From Nitrospirales bacterium (GTDB taxonomy: Bacteria; Nitrospirota; Nitrospiria; Nitrospirales; UBA8639): a stretch of DNA of 64,000 bases. The position numbers and the translations under genes were made by a program. The first letter of the stretch is position 1; each line of letters begins with the position of its first letter. The stretch is taken from positions 224,001 through 288,000 of the forward strand of contig OY729426.1 in NCBI GenBank assembly GCA_963422365.1, written 5' to 3'. The notes beneath the pieces are model-generated. The model did not search any database. It saw only the letters and a list, made by a program, of their open reading frames with translations, and had not been told where the DNA came from. This document shows positions 20,005-30,905 of this stretch, piece by piece.

Positions 20005-20928
20005 TCACGAAAGGTCCTCAAAGTGGGTGAGACGTTTGAAGTCTCGGAAGCGAGATTCAATGTCTTTATATTCCAGTCGCCGCAAGCGGTCGAGACTAAA
20101 GCCTTCCACGGTAAAGGAAGCCATGACGCTTCCGAAAATAATCGCTCGCCTTAAGCCGATATCAGAAAAATCTCCTGTGGATGCGAGATGCCCCATAAAG
20201 CCGCCGGCGAACGTATCTCCGGCACCAGTTGGATCTTGCACCATTTCCAACGGAAATGCCGGCGCGCCAAAGACTTGTTTTTCATGAAACATCAAGACGC
20301 CATACTCCCCACGTTTAATAATGAGACATTTGGGCCCGCGTGCCAGAACATCTTTTGCGACTTTGACCAAACTGAAATCTTGGCCGAGTTCACGAGCCTC
20401 CCCATCATTGATGATGAGCACGTCAATCTTTTCCAAGACGTCCCATAAAGCTTCTTGTTTTCCACGAATCCAAAAATTCATGGTATCACAGGCTACCATG
20501 GGCGGCCGTTCGACTTGATTCAGCACATCCATTTGCAGCTCAGGGTCGATATTCCCCAAAAACAACATGCCGGGAGATCGATAGTGGTCTGGGATTTTAG
20601 GGCGGAAGGACTCCAGAACATTGAGTTGGGTATCAAGAGTATGGGCCTCATTGAGCTGATAGGTATATTCACCTTGCCATCGAAAGGTTTTTCCACTACG
20701 GCGTTCAAGCCCGGACAAATCGATCCCGCGACTTTTCAAAAATGCGAGATGTTCTTCCGGGAAATCCTCTCCAACCACCGCAAGCAAATCAATGTCGGTA
20801 AAAAAACTGGCGGCCGTTGAAAAATACGTGGCCGACCCTCCCAACACTTCCGTCGCTTCTCCAAAAGGCGTGCGAACCGTATCAAACGCCACAGAACCCA
20901 CCACTAACACTGTACTCATATCATCCAC
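20005..20928 (-). CDS. PfkB-family sugar/nucleoside kinase
   Basis: [26 protein letters not shown]. Confidence 0.92.
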   Translation of the reverse strand: MDDMSTVLVVGSVAFDTVRTPFGEATEVLGGSATYFSTAASFFTDIDLLAVVGEDFPEEHLAFLKSRGIDLSGLERRSGKTFRWQGEYTYQLNEAHTLDTQLNVLESFRPKIPDHYRSPGMLFLGNIDPELQMDVLNQVERPPMVACDTMNFWIRGKQEALWDVLEKIDVLIINDGEARELGQDFSLVKVAKDVLARGPKCLIIKRGEYGVLMFHEKQVFGAPAFPLEMVQDPTGAGDTFAGGFMGHLASTGDFSDIGLRRAIIFGSVMASFTVEGFSLDRLRRLEYKDIESRFRDFKRLTHFEDLS

Positions 20929-21808
20929 TCCTGTTCGATTTTTTCACTTGTTTCAAAAAGATGTTATAGCGTTGCCTCACGGAGGCCGTCATGGCTTTCG
21001 GTGCGGTCACGATGGTTTGTCGAAGCGCTGTCTCGCATGGACAGGCTCTCGGTCCGTCCGCCCGTTGAATGGCGTAGCGGAGTAGCGTTTTGGCCTGAGC
21101 CACACTCGCATCCATCACGTTCAAAATCGCTTCGACGGAGACGGGCTCCTCACTCTCATGCCAACAATCATAATCCGTCACTAAGGCCAACGTCGCATAA
21201 CAGATTTCTGCTTCCCGGGCGAGTTTGGCTTCCGTCGCATTGGTCATCCCGATAATATCCACGCCCCATTGTCGATACAGCCATGATTCCGCTTTGGTTG
21301 AAAACTGCGGCCCTTCGATACAGAGATACGTTCCACCCACATGGAAGGTGGCACCCACCGACTTGGCACCCTCACCCAACTGATCAACCAAGGCATGACA
21401 AACAGGGTCGGCAAATGCAACATGCGCCACAAGCCCTTGATCGAAAAACGTACTCAGTCGCTGGGTTGTCCGATCAATAAATTGGTCGGGAAGGACGATA
21501 TGACTGGGGTGGATGCGTTCTTTCATGCTCCCCACCGCACTGACGGAAAAAATCCGCGTCACGCCAAGTGCTTTGAGCGCATAGATGTTGGCCCGATAAT
21601 TGATCATGGAGGGATTGATCCGATGACCTCGCCCATGACGCGAGAGAAACGCAACGTGCCTTCCGGATAACGTTCCAAGAATCACGGCATCCGAAGGTCG
21701 TCCGAACGGGGTGGACACACGCATCTCTCGAACATGTTCCAAGCCTTCCATTTCATATAATCCGCTGCCTCCAATGACGGCAATATCGGCATGTGGTTTC
21801 GCTGGCAC
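20921..21808 (-). CDS. mtnP: S-methyl-5'-thioadenosine phosphorylase
   Basis: [41 protein letters not shown]. Confidence 0.93.
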   Translation of the reverse strand: MPAKPHADIAVIGGSGLYEMEGLEHVREMRVSTPFGRPSDAVILGTLSGRHVAFLSRHGRGHRINPSMINYRANIYALKALGVTRIFSVSAVGSMKERIHPSHIVLPDQFIDRTTQRLSTFFDQGLVAHVAFADPVCHALVDQLGEGAKSVGATFHVGGTYLCIEGPQFSTKAESWLYRQWGVDIIGMTNATEAKLAREAEICYATLALVTDYDCWHESEEPVSVEAILNVMDASVAQAKTLLRYAIQRADGPRACPCETALRQTIVTAPKAMTASVRQRYNIFLKQVKKSNRSG

Positions 21809-21826
21809 GGCGTTCTTCTTTCTTGC

Positions 21827-22849
21827 CTATGCGTGAAGGGTTTTCACAAATTGTTCGATGAGGTGTATGACGCGTCGAGAAACCGATTGAACGGATTCAT
21901 CAGGTTGCACCTCTACCCACCTCAGACCTTGTTCCTTTCTGAACCACGTCATTTGCCGTTTCGCAAAATGGCGCGTATCTCGCTTTAATCGTCTCACCGC
22001 TTCGTCAAATGAATCCTCTCCTTCCAGATACCCTGCCATCTGACGATAGCCCAAACTTTTCATCGAGACAAGATTTCTGGAGTATCCTTTCGCCAACAGG
22101 GTCTGGGTTTCGTCAACCAATCCCTTTGCCAACTCAACATCGACCCGATGATCAATATGTTGATAGAGAAGGGCCCGATCCATGGTCAACCCCAACACCA
22201 AGGCACGAAAGGGTTTCGTCTGTTCGCGATGCTCTTCGTGGGCTTTCGAAAGACGAATGCCGGTTTGCCGATACACTTCTAAGGCCCGCAGCACTTTCAT
22301 GGTATCGCGAGGATGCAGGCGACGCGCTGTGGCAGGGTCCACATGGCCTAATTCTTGATACATCGATTCCCCTCCCCGGGCACACGCTTCTTCTTCGAGT
22401 GTCCGGCGAAGGGTACGATCGCCGGGCGGACCGGCCCATAACCCATGCAACAACACTCGGACGTAGAGCCCCGTCCCACCAACGACCAAAGGAAGAAGGC
22501 CCTTTTCGTACAGACGAGAGATTTCTCGAAGGGCTTGCCGCCGAAATTCGCCGGCATTAAACGGCTCATCGGGCTCCACCAGATCAATCAACCGATGGGG
22601 GACCTGTTGTCGGTCCTCTTCCGAGGGGGTATCCGTCCCAATATTCATCCCTCGATAGACCTGGGTCGAATCCGCAGTCAATATCTCCGTTCCCAAGGCT
22701 CGGGCCACTTCAACGGCAATACGACTCTTGCCGATTGCCGTCGGTCCCACCAGGATGACGAGAGGCTTCAACGCGGTAGAAGACTCCGTCAAGGTCCAGA
22801 TCCCAGTTCCATCTTTCAAAGAAAGGTGATAATCGAGGGGTGGATTCAT
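21827..22849 (-). CDS. miaA: tRNA dimethylallyltransferase
   Basis: GPTAIGKS, DSTQVYRGMNIGT, VGGTGLY, FAKRQMTWF. Confidence 0.96.
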   Translation of the reverse strand: MNPPLDYHLSLKDGTGIWTLTESSTALKPLVILVGPTAIGKSRIAVEVARALGTEILTADSTQVYRGMNIGTDTPSEEDRQQVPHRLIDLVEPDEPFNAGEFRRQALREISRLYEKGLLPLVVGGTGLYVRVLLHGLWAGPPGDRTLRRTLEEEACARGGESMYQELGHVDPATARRLHPRDTMKVLRALEVYRQTGIRLSKAHEEHREQTKPFRALVLGLTMDRALLYQHIDHRVDVELAKGLVDETQTLLAKGYSRNLVSMKSLGYRQMAGYLEGEDSFDEAVRRLKRDTRHFAKRQMTWFRKEQGLRWVEVQPDESVQSVSRRVIHLIEQFVKTLHA

Positions 22850-24645
22850 AGACGCCGAAAAATTCGATGCAGTGCTTCGCTGTCAAAACGCAAAGAGATC
22901 CGGCGGCCATGCGGGCAGGTCATGGGGATCCCTTCACGAAGCCAATCTTGCACCACGTGTTTCATTTCCGGCGCTTCCATCCGGCGGCCGGCCTGGACCG
23001 CACCCTTGCAGGCGACTGACGCCAGAACGGACCGGATGCGTTTGTCGAGAGAATCAACAGAGTTCCACTCCGACAGATCCTCTACGATAGCTTCGAGTAA
23101 GGCGCCATAGTCCATCTGTCCGACAAGCGCCGGCACCGACCGAATGACAAAAGAGGACGGGCCAAAACACTCAAGTTCGAGCCCCACTTTGGCCAACTCC
23201 GGTAAAATTTCTGCCAACTGGGTCGCCGCCGAGATCGGGATATCCACTGGCTCGGGAATCAGGAGCGGCTGGGTCTGGATCTGGCGGCCCTCCCAATGTC
23301 TCCACAAGCGTTCAAACAGCACCCGCTCATGAATCGTGTGCTGGTCCAGCACATGCAATTCATCTCCCATTTGAGCGACGATATAGGTGGCATGGATTTG
23401 TCCAAGAACATGAACCTCAGGCTCAAGTGGATAGAGGAACGGCGATTCTTTGACTTGGTCTACTCCCCTTGTTTGTCCTCTCCAGGAATCTGTTTGCGCT
23501 TCGGTCTCACCGGAAGGGGCAAGCCGTCTCGACCATTCGAGAAACGGCTCGCCCATCCCCCTCTGCCCTGGCTTCTCCTTCTCGACGGTATCCGACATCT
23601 CTTCTTCGAGTGCGGGAGAAAGGATTGGCGACATTGACCCCATAACTTTCTTTTGCAGCGGAACACGAACCGCTCCTTTGATCGCTCGATGGATCAGGTC
23701 GGGGCTGCAAAACTTCACCTCCCGTTTTGAGGGATGAACATTGACATCCACCTCATGGGCTTCGACTTCTACCATGATCGCAAAAGTCGGATGCCGTCCT
23801 TTCGGCAAAAAGGAGCCATACGATTCATAAATAGCATGCGCAATCGTGGCATTTTTGACAGCGCGGCGGTTCACGAAAATTTCCTGGGGGCTCCGGCTGG
23901 TTTTCGAATGATACGGATTGATGATCATCCCTCGCATGTGCAGGTTTGCCTGTTCATAGTGAATGGGCAGCATCATATCCATGGCTCTCGGGCCATACAC
24001 TTGAAGCAGGCGATCCTCTAACGCGGTGACCGTGGGATAGTCGAACACCAGATGGTCATCGTGCGTTAATCGCAATTGCGTGTGAAGGTTCGCCAGCGCG
24101 GCTTGTTGGACAACATGCGTAATATGGGAAAACTCCGTTGCCGTTGTCTTCAAAAATTTTCGTCGGCCCGGTGTATTGAAAAATAACTCTTCGACTTCAA
24201 TGCGTGTCCCTGGTGCGGCACCTCGCTCTTCGACCGATTGGATGTCTCCCCCCTCAATGACCACAGCGGTCCCCGCAAGAGAATGAAGCTGGGCTGTGAG
24301 CATCCGAAAGCGTGAAACCGCCGCAATACTAGGCAAGGCTTCCCCGCGAAACCCATACGTGGCAATGCCCAAAAGATCGCGTTGATGACTGATTTTGCTG
24401 GTGGCAAATCGTTGGCAGGATAACAGGGCGTCGGCTCGACTCATCCCTTCGCCATCGTCGATCACCCGAATCAGAGTCTTCCCGCCGTTAACAATATCGA
24501 CGAAAATTACCGTACTTCCGGCATCCACGCTATTATCAAGCAATTCTTTTACGACTGACGCCGGGCGTTCGACAATCTCTCCTGCAGCGATTTGAGAAGC
24601 CACAGACTCAGGGAGGACTTTGATTTTGGATTCAACAGACTCCAT
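22846..24645 (-). CDS. mutL: DNA mismatch repair endonuclease MutL
   Basis: IAAGEIVERPASVVKEL, GFRGEAL, DVNVHPSK, DQHTIHER, ACK, CPHGR. Confidence 0.97.
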   Translation of the reverse strand: MESVESKIKVLPESVASQIAAGEIVERPASVVKELLDNSVDAGSTVIFVDIVNGGKTLIRVIDDGEGMSRADALLSCQRFATSKISHQRDLLGIATYGFRGEALPSIAAVSRFRMLTAQLHSLAGTAVVIEGGDIQSVEERGAAPGTRIEVEELFFNTPGRRKFLKTTATEFSHITHVVQQAALANLHTQLRLTHDDHLVFDYPTVTALEDRLLQVYGPRAMDMMLPIHYEQANLHMRGMIINPYHSKTSRSPQEIFVNRRAVKNATIAHAIYESYGSFLPKGRHPTFAIMVEVEAHEVDVNVHPSKREVKFCSPDLIHRAIKGAVRVPLQKKVMGSMSPILSPALEEEMSDTVEKEKPGQRGMGEPFLEWSRRLAPSGETEAQTDSWRGQTRGVDQVKESPFLYPLEPEVHVLGQIHATYIVAQMGDELHVLDQHTIHERVLFERLWRHWEGRQIQTQPLLIPEPVDIPISAATQLAEILPELAKVGLELECFGPSSFVIRSVPALVGQMDYGALLEAIVEDLSEWNSVDSLDKRIRSVLASVACKGAVQAGRRMEAPEMKHVVQDWLREGIPMTCPHGRRISLRFDSEALHRIFRRL

Positions 24646-24698
24646 GTGAAACGCTTTGTGACGGAATCCTCGTGAGCCGTCGACTGGTCCCTCTTTGG

Positions 24699-26528
24699 CT
24701 AAGGGGAACGGGGATTAGGGGGAGCCGGTTCCCTAAAGTTCGTGAGGATCTGCTCCACCTCTATGAGTTGAGATTCGTGCTCATCGACCTTGGAGCTCAG
24801 CTTGTCGCCCATGGCCTTGACCACATCTTTCAATTGCGTGACGGATTTGGTTAAGTCATTCAACTGCTTGACGTTGGCCTGTAATTCCTGCTGAAGGCTG
24901 GGGATGGCAGAAGCCGCCCCCAGCGACTCCGACACCTGCTGGGCCTGGGTCTGCAGCCGAGCAGCTTGCTCATTCAGTCTGGTGGACACCGTGGTTTTGA
25001 ATTGCTCAAACGATTCCCCGACCGCTTGCACGCTCGTCGTCACTTGGTTGAGATGGGTTGAGACGGCTTGGGTATTTGATGCCTGCTTGGCGGTCCTGGA
25101 TGACTGCTCCTCCTCCAATCTCTCCATTCGTGCCATGAACTGCCCCATCTGATTCATTTGCTGATCACTGCGTTGCCCCAACATGCCGGCCATGGAATCC
25201 AATACCTCTCGCATGGCTGCTACCGACTCACCTAGTTCTTGAACATGTTTGGCTTGAGCGTCCAATTGCGTTTGCGTTTGGGTGACATTCGATGCGGTCG
25301 TTTGTTCGACGTGTTGGAGACCGGCTTTGAGCGTTATCAACTTCTCAGAGACAAGACTTTTTTCCTGACCAAACGCTTTCGCGATCGATTCCAAACTTGG
25401 TCGCACCTCTTTGTCCAAATGCCCTTGGAGGACTTTCATATCGGTATCCAACTTTTTAGCCAACATCTGATACTGACTCTGTAATTGCTTGATCCGTTGT
25501 GCCGTTTCCTTCCCTTGGCTATCCAGCTTGGTGCCGAGTTGGGTCCCTGTCGTCTCTAACACGTCACGGAGTTGAGACAAAGATTGGGTGACCTCCGCCA
25601 AGTTTTTGCTGTGCCGGGTATCGGTCTGTCGGAGCCCCGCGAGTGCCGTGCCCAGCTTGGCATTGATCTCGGACAATCGCGTGACTTGGGCAGCGATGTC
25701 AGTCTTCAAGTTTCGATGGCCGTCATGCAATACCGTATTGAGGGATTCGATGGCCGTTTTGACCTCGGTTTCCAAATAGGTTTTCAACACCTGAGTATCA
25801 GAAGCGAGTTTCGCTCGAAAGGCGTGCTGTCGTTTGTCGACGTCTTGTCGTATTTTCGTCTCGGAACTCGTGGCCCGCTTCCGCTCCTCGCCCAATCGTT
25901 TATCAACCTCGGTCAAGGCTTCCTTAAACTGAACCAGTGAACTTTGAAACTCGGCAAACTGAGCCCTTACTTTTTGGCCCATCCGCTTCAGGGCCTTCTC
26001 AAGGCTTTGGCGGGTCGTCTCAAGGCTTTGGCCCAAAGCAGTGACCTGATTTGACAGTTCGGCATCACGTTGTTTCCGCAGTTTCTCCAGAGCGCGGACT
26101 TGACCTGCCAGATCATCGACTTTTCGGTGGGCCTGATTAAGATGATGCAATTGTGTTTCCAAGTCATCGCTTACTTTGGGCAAGTTCTCCTCTCGTAGAC
26201 TTCGCAACTCACTTTTGAGTTGCGCACGGGCCTTCCTGAACTCATTCATGAGTTCATTTAATTCGACTTTTTGTTTCGCCAAGGCAGTTCGGGAAGCGGC
26301 GATGTCCTGGTTAGCTTGCCTCAGGACTTGGGCCAACGCTTTTTTCTCTTGATCCAATTCGGTGATTTTGCCCTCAAAGTTTTTCCCCATTTTCACCAAG
26401 TCAGACTGCTGGACACAGCCAGTGAAGCTGAACACCAACCAGGTCAGGAACACTACTGCCTTCCAGTCACGACCGGCTTCTCGTGTTGAGCCTTTTGGGG
26501 TCAAGAAAAAAACATGCTCAATCGACAT
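24699..26528 (-). CDS. Long coiled-coil putative lipoprotein
   Basis: Lipobox-like FSFTGC followed by about 560 aa of Q/L/E/K-rich helical repeats. Confidence 0.8.
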   Translation of the reverse strand: MSIEHVFFLTPKGSTREAGRDWKAVVFLTWLVFSFTGCVQQSDLVKMGKNFEGKITELDQEKKALAQVLRQANQDIAASRTALAKQKVELNELMNEFRKARAQLKSELRSLREENLPKVSDDLETQLHHLNQAHRKVDDLAGQVRALEKLRKQRDAELSNQVTALGQSLETTRQSLEKALKRMGQKVRAQFAEFQSSLVQFKEALTEVDKRLGEERKRATSSETKIRQDVDKRQHAFRAKLASDTQVLKTYLETEVKTAIESLNTVLHDGHRNLKTDIAAQVTRLSEINAKLGTALAGLRQTDTRHSKNLAEVTQSLSQLRDVLETTGTQLGTKLDSQGKETAQRIKQLQSQYQMLAKKLDTDMKVLQGHLDKEVRPSLESIAKAFGQEKSLVSEKLITLKAGLQHVEQTTASNVTQTQTQLDAQAKHVQELGESVAAMREVLDSMAGMLGQRSDQQMNQMGQFMARMERLEEEQSSRTAKQASNTQAVSTHLNQVTTSVQAVGESFEQFKTTVSTRLNEQAARLQTQAQQVSESLGAASAIPSLQQELQANVKQLNDLTKSVTQLKDVVKAMGDKLSSKVDEHESQLIEVEQILTNFREPAPPNPRSP

Positions 26529-26698
26529 GGTTTTGGGCTCCCTTACGATTTTTCAACGCTTCTTGCATGGCTTCCTATTTCCTGCATCCAGGAAGACAAC
26601 GGGGCGACTCACGACAGAAGTTCGTCGAGTGTTGGTAATTGGTACGGTTGCTATTCTGCCGATAGCCAAGTTATCCGCCGTTCGGCAGGAAACCAGTA

Positions 26699-28048
26699 TC
26701 ATGGGGACCAGGCAGGAGAACTATGGTGCCTCCCTTCTTTCGTCAACTGTTCCAACCCCGTGCCATCGAAATGAATCATGTAAATGTGACTCCGCCCACC
26801 TCGAGTCGAACTAAAGACCAAGTGACGGCCATCCGGTGCCCACGAAGGAGAGTCATCAATTTCACGAGAAGGACCGCTCGTCATTTGAACACGCCGTTGT
26901 CCATCCGGAGAAATCCGGCATAACTTAAGCCCATAGCCGGGTATGCGACACACGTAGGCAACCCAATCCCCCCGCGGAGACCAAGCCGGTGCGGTATTAT
27001 AACGCCCTTCAAAGGTCAATCGACGAACGTTTGAGCCATCGGCCCTCATGATGTAAATTTGCGGTCGACCGCTCCGATCGGAAGTAAAAGCCAATTCTCG
27101 TCCATTCGGCGACCATGTCGGCGATAAATCTGCACGGTCATGCGAGGTCAATCGCTTTTTCTTTTTCTCTTGCGCTCTCAAGCGTATCGTAAAGATATCG
27201 GAATTCCCTTGATCGGCAGAAGCATACGCTAAAAGTCGACCATTCGGGGAAAACGCCGGAGTAATATTCAAACTTTCAGGAGGCACTAAGATTCGTTTGG
27301 TCCCTTTGTCCAATTCGAGCTGCACGATTTCTTGATTGTTTTGGCGATAGGCCGTATACACGACGGAACGCTGATCAGGCGACCAAGTCGGCATGAGGCT
27401 TAATGTACGATCCGACGTCACACGTTTGGGACCGAATCCATCATAATCCATCACGAACAAATCTCGTCCGCCGGCCTCATCTTCAGAAACATAGAGAATT
27501 TTGGTCCGGGCAATGCCGGGATCCCCCGTATAATACGAGACCAATTCATCGGCCCACCGATGAACCATCAACCGCAGAAGCCTCATGCTAATCGGACCAC
27601 CGGTATACTGTTTGCCAACGGCGATTAAGTCTGTCTCTCCTCCATCGTAGGCACAGGCCTCCATTGCCAATTTTCCATTTTTTCGGCCGATCCTTCCCCA
27701 GGTGACTACCGAAACCACGCTTTCCTTGGCTTTCGCCAGGGATTCCTTTCCCCGACACCCTGCTTTAGAAAGCGGAAGAGTTTCCGTTGATTGGTCAATG
27801 ACCTCGAACACTTGGGTGCGCTGCAAATCAGCCCTGAGAACATCGGCGACTTGCTTGCCGATTCGAGCGTCATCCGATTGCTGAGTCTCACTGCCGGCGA
27901 ACCCCATGATCCAGATGGGAATTTTTTGAAATTCAGATCGGGTCGTTTCCAGAAACACGTCGGCTGCGTTTGCCTCCGCATTCACAAAGAACAGAGGAGC
28001 CAGAGCAGAGAGGACAAACAAGACCGAGTGCGTGGCGTTCTTCATCAT
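26699..28048 (-). CDS. tolB: Tol-Pal beta-propeller protein TolB
   Basis: Signal peptide, TolB_N region, PD40 repeats (PTWSPD, PAFSPNG, PAWSPRG). Start placed at the TGATG overlap with tolA. Confidence 0.93.
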   Translation of the reverse strand: MMKNATHSVLFVLSALAPLFFVNAEANAADVFLETTRSEFQKIPIWIMGFAGSETQQSDDARIGKQVADVLRADLQRTQVFEVIDQSTETLPLSKAGCRGKESLAKAKESVVSVVTWGRIGRKNGKLAMEACAYDGGETDLIAVGKQYTGGPISMRLLRLMVHRWADELVSYYTGDPGIARTKILYVSEDEAGGRDLFVMDYDGFGPKRVTSDRTLSLMPTWSPDQRSVVYTAYRQNNQEIVQLELDKGTKRILVPPESLNITPAFSPNGRLLAYASADQGNSDIFTIRLRAQEKKKKRLTSHDRADLSPTWSPNGRELAFTSDRSGRPQIYIMRADGSNVRRLTFEGRYNTAPAWSPRGDWVAYVCRIPGYGLKLCRISPDGQRRVQMTSGPSREIDDSPSWAPDGRHLVFSSTRGGRSHIYMIHFDGTGLEQLTKEGRHHSSPAWSP

Positions 28049-29430
28049 CAGTTCGGCGGGCCAGTAAATGTGTGTTGGACAGTACAAGAGGGTTTCAGTA
28101 TTTTCTCGGGAAAGGCTGGTAATGGACTGGATGCAACGACCGCACGTTGAGCAGCTAAGTCAAAATATTCGTTTCCCGAGGATTGTACGACTGTCGGCGC
28201 CGTCACTTGGCCGTTCCGCTCGACGCGAAAAGCCAAGACCACTTGAAGCGGCTGCCTGCGTTGGAATTCACCACCAGAGGTGTACCACTTTTTATCAATA
28301 CGCTTTTTGACTACTTCTGCCCAATAGCCCTCTTTGCAAGATCCTGCCACCCGCAGAACTGTCAGCGTTTCCTTCGTGCCACTTTCCGCTTGTTGGGCAC
28401 CCGGCTGACCAGCCTCGAATGTTTGTCCCTGGGGAATAGGGAGGTCGGCGATTTTGCTTTTGAGAGCATCCGGTTCAGGCTTCGGTGTCGTCATGGGTTG
28501 TAAAGGAACCGGCTCTTGCTCAATGTGTACCTTGGCTAATGGCGGAGCCTGCGGCGGCACGATAATCGAAGGTAGGTCCTGAGCCCCGGCTACTTTTGGA
28601 TCTTCTGGTGACACTTCAGGAAGAAACGGAATTGCTCTTGATACGATTTCGGCCGGGTGCGACTTCTTGCTCTCAGGGATTCGTATCGCTTGAATCTCCT
28701 GCGTTAACGACTCCGCAGTCAGGCTTTTTTGCGCAATTTGCACGGGCGGCTCTCTTTTTTGCGAAAGCGGCGTGACGACTGCTAAGCGCGGGGACTGGGA
28801 GGGCAAGGTAATGCCTGATGATTGAGCTGTCTTGATTGCGGCCTGTTTCTGCTCACTGTCGGATTTGACAGTTGGACTCACTGTGACGCGCGTAGAAGCT
28901 TGGGTTTGTTTCTTGGGGACGACGAGGGTACTGACAGCTTGCTTCAGTGTCTGGGCCAGAGGGCCAATACTTGGGGGAGGAGTAGACCGTGTTGACTTCC
29001 TGGTCTCCGGGCCTGAAGCTAATTGGGGAGGTTGCGGGGGTGCTTGGATTGTTTGAGCTTCTACCTCCAAAGCAGGCAATCGTCCAAGAGGAGGCGGAGA
29101 GACTGATATCGCCGCCTTTTGAGGCACTGTCATGGCTCTCGGTTTTGGCACGACCACGGACTCCAGCGCGCCCATGAGTGAATCCGCCACCAGTTCCGGC
29201 ACCCTCGGCCTCGCCGGGGGCATCGAGATCTCAGGAAGCGTCACCAAAGCGACCTGGTAAGACCCTGAAGGCTGTTCGAACGATGGGGCGAAGCGCAAAC
29301 CCACAAGCGTGATCATCACCACGTGAATGACTAACGAACTGGCAAGGGGCCACGTGAGCCGTGTTGCAACCGAGTCGGTAGAGCCCGACACATGAAACAA
29401 CAAAAGGTTGAAAGGCGCTGCATACGACAT
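28048..29430 (-). CDS. tolA: TolA-like protein (TonB_2 C-terminal domain)
   Basis: TM with SLVIH, long Pro-rich repeated linker, C-terminal SSGNEYFDLAAQRAV..SSPLPAFP; lies between tolR and tolB. Confidence 0.82.
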   Translation of the reverse strand: MSYAAPFNLLLFHVSGSTDSVATRLTWPLASSLVIHVVMITLVGLRFAPSFEQPSGSYQVALVTLPEISMPPARPRVPELVADSLMGALESVVVPKPRAMTVPQKAAISVSPPPLGRLPALEVEAQTIQAPPQPPQLASGPETRKSTRSTPPPSIGPLAQTLKQAVSTLVVPKKQTQASTRVTVSPTVKSDSEQKQAAIKTAQSSGITLPSQSPRLAVVTPLSQKREPPVQIAQKSLTAESLTQEIQAIRIPESKKSHPAEIVSRAIPFLPEVSPEDPKVAGAQDLPSIIVPPQAPPLAKVHIEQEPVPLQPMTTPKPEPDALKSKIADLPIPQGQTFEAGQPGAQQAESGTKETLTVLRVAGSCKEGYWAEVVKKRIDKKWYTSGGEFQRRQPLQVVLAFRVERNGQVTAPTVVQSSGNEYFDLAAQRAVVASSPLPAFPEKILKPSCTVQHTFTGPPN

Positions 29431-29454
29431 TGCATCATTCCAACTTACAGAGGA

Positions 29455-29877
29455 TCAAAGACCCTCTTCTTCAACCACGGTCCCTTGGGGGTTCGTGACC
29501 ATGCCTAACCGTTCGATTCCCGCCCCTTTGACTTCATCCATGATCTGGACAATCCGTCCATAGGGAACCTGCCGATCGGCTCGAAGATACACTGACACGG
29601 ATGGGTTCAGCGCCTTGGCTTCACCCAAACGTTTCCGTAAATGAATCAATGTGACAAGATCTTTTCCCAAATAGACCCGTCTGTTAGGTTCAATGGTAAT
29701 CACGAGACGCTCCATGGGGACGACGGTATTGGATTGCGAATGTGGGAGTGAAATATCAATGCCCCGATGCAGCATCGGAGCCGTCACCATAAAGATCACC
29801 AACAACACAAGCACCACGTCAACGAGAGGAATAATATTGATTTCGGAAAGAAACCGACGATCACGGGATTCAAACAT
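29455..29877 (-). CDS. tolR: TolR
   Basis: SEINIIPLVDVVLVLLVIFMVTAP, LRADRQVPYG. Confidence 0.92.
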   Translation of the reverse strand: MFESRDRRFLSEINIIPLVDVVLVLLVIFMVTAPMLHRGIDISLPHSQSNTVVPMERLVITIEPNRRVYLGKDLVTLIHLRKRLGEAKALNPSVSVYLRADRQVPYGRIVQIMDEVKGAGIERLGMVTNPQGTVVEEEGL

Positions 29878-30612
29878 CACGGGTGACTTGACCTCTTGGC
29901 TTTTTGCTTTCAGGGGCTTTCGCGTCAAGGACATTCAGAAATTCAATGCTGAATGCTTCTACGCCAAATACGATTTTCCGAATTTGGGAGAGATAATAAT
30001 TATACCCAATGACTGCAGGAATCGCGGCAAACAGTCCGGCAGCAGTCGCAAGGAGGGCTTCGGAAACGCCGGGAGCCACCGAAGCGATACTGGCTGTGCC
30101 TTCTACACCGATTCGCTGAAAGGCATGAATCACACCAACGACGGTGCCCAATAACCCAATGAAAGGGGTGATATTTCCCGTGGTTGCCAGGAAGGGCAGA
30201 TACGCTTCTTGCCGGGCGATTTGCTTGTGAACAAGATACTGTATGACTTTTTCCAAATATTGGCGGTCCGACCAGTGCCCCCCCTTCAGGGTCGTCGTTG
30301 TGACGTCGCTGATATTGGGATCAAGAAGATGACCCCTACGACTCAACACTCCGAGAAATACCGAACCACTGGGGCTATTGGGCAATTTTGCGGCTAAGCT
30401 CTGAAGGGGTGCAGAGCCTTTTCACTGAACGGTTCTCTCTCTTGATAGGCTTCGAAAAATTGTCGCTCCTCTCCTTTGATCAGCCGTACCATACGCCATT
30501 TACACAGGATAATTCCCCACGAAAAGACGGAAAACCCCAGTAATATCAATAAGACGATGATAGAGATTGGCCCTAGGGAACCAAGCAGTTCAAGAGGGTC
30601 GGTTGAGAACAT
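29870..30612 (-). CDS. tolQ: TolQ, split by a single-base frameshift near 30405-30422
   Basis: N-terminal part has FSVFSWGII; C-terminal part has TPFIGLLGTVVG and SEALLATAAGL. The frames join if one base is added at AAAA or CCCC. Confidence 0.88.
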
Positions 30613-30701
30613 TGGACGTGATGAATGAGCCTGTAATGTGAAAAATAAAAACTCACCGCGTCAGTGAGATCATAGAATGGCCACAAAACCGACGAAATGA
30701 A

Positions 30702-30779
30702 TGGCGGGGCCGACGGGATTTGAACCCGCGACTTCCAGATTGACAATCTGGCGTCCTAACCTGGCTGAACGACGGCCCC
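30702..30779 (-). tRNA. tRNA-Asp(GTC)
   Basis: Reverse complement GGGGCCGTCGTTCAGCCAGGTTAGGACGCCAGATT-GTC-AATCTGGAAGTCGCGGGTTCAAATCCCGTCGGCCCCGCCA. Confidence 0.96.
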
Positions 30780-30905
30780 ATTCACGTCAAGAGGTAATCC
30801 TTTTGTCTACGTTTGACTACGCTTTCAAACAGAACCCGCTGCATGGGCAGGAATCCATTCAGAATTCGCGTTCGACTCTAGAGGTCTAACAAATTATCTG
30901 AGATA

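Noticed and set aside
30701..30889. ORF MAGPTGFEPATS
   Set aside because: Antisense translation of tRNA-Asp.
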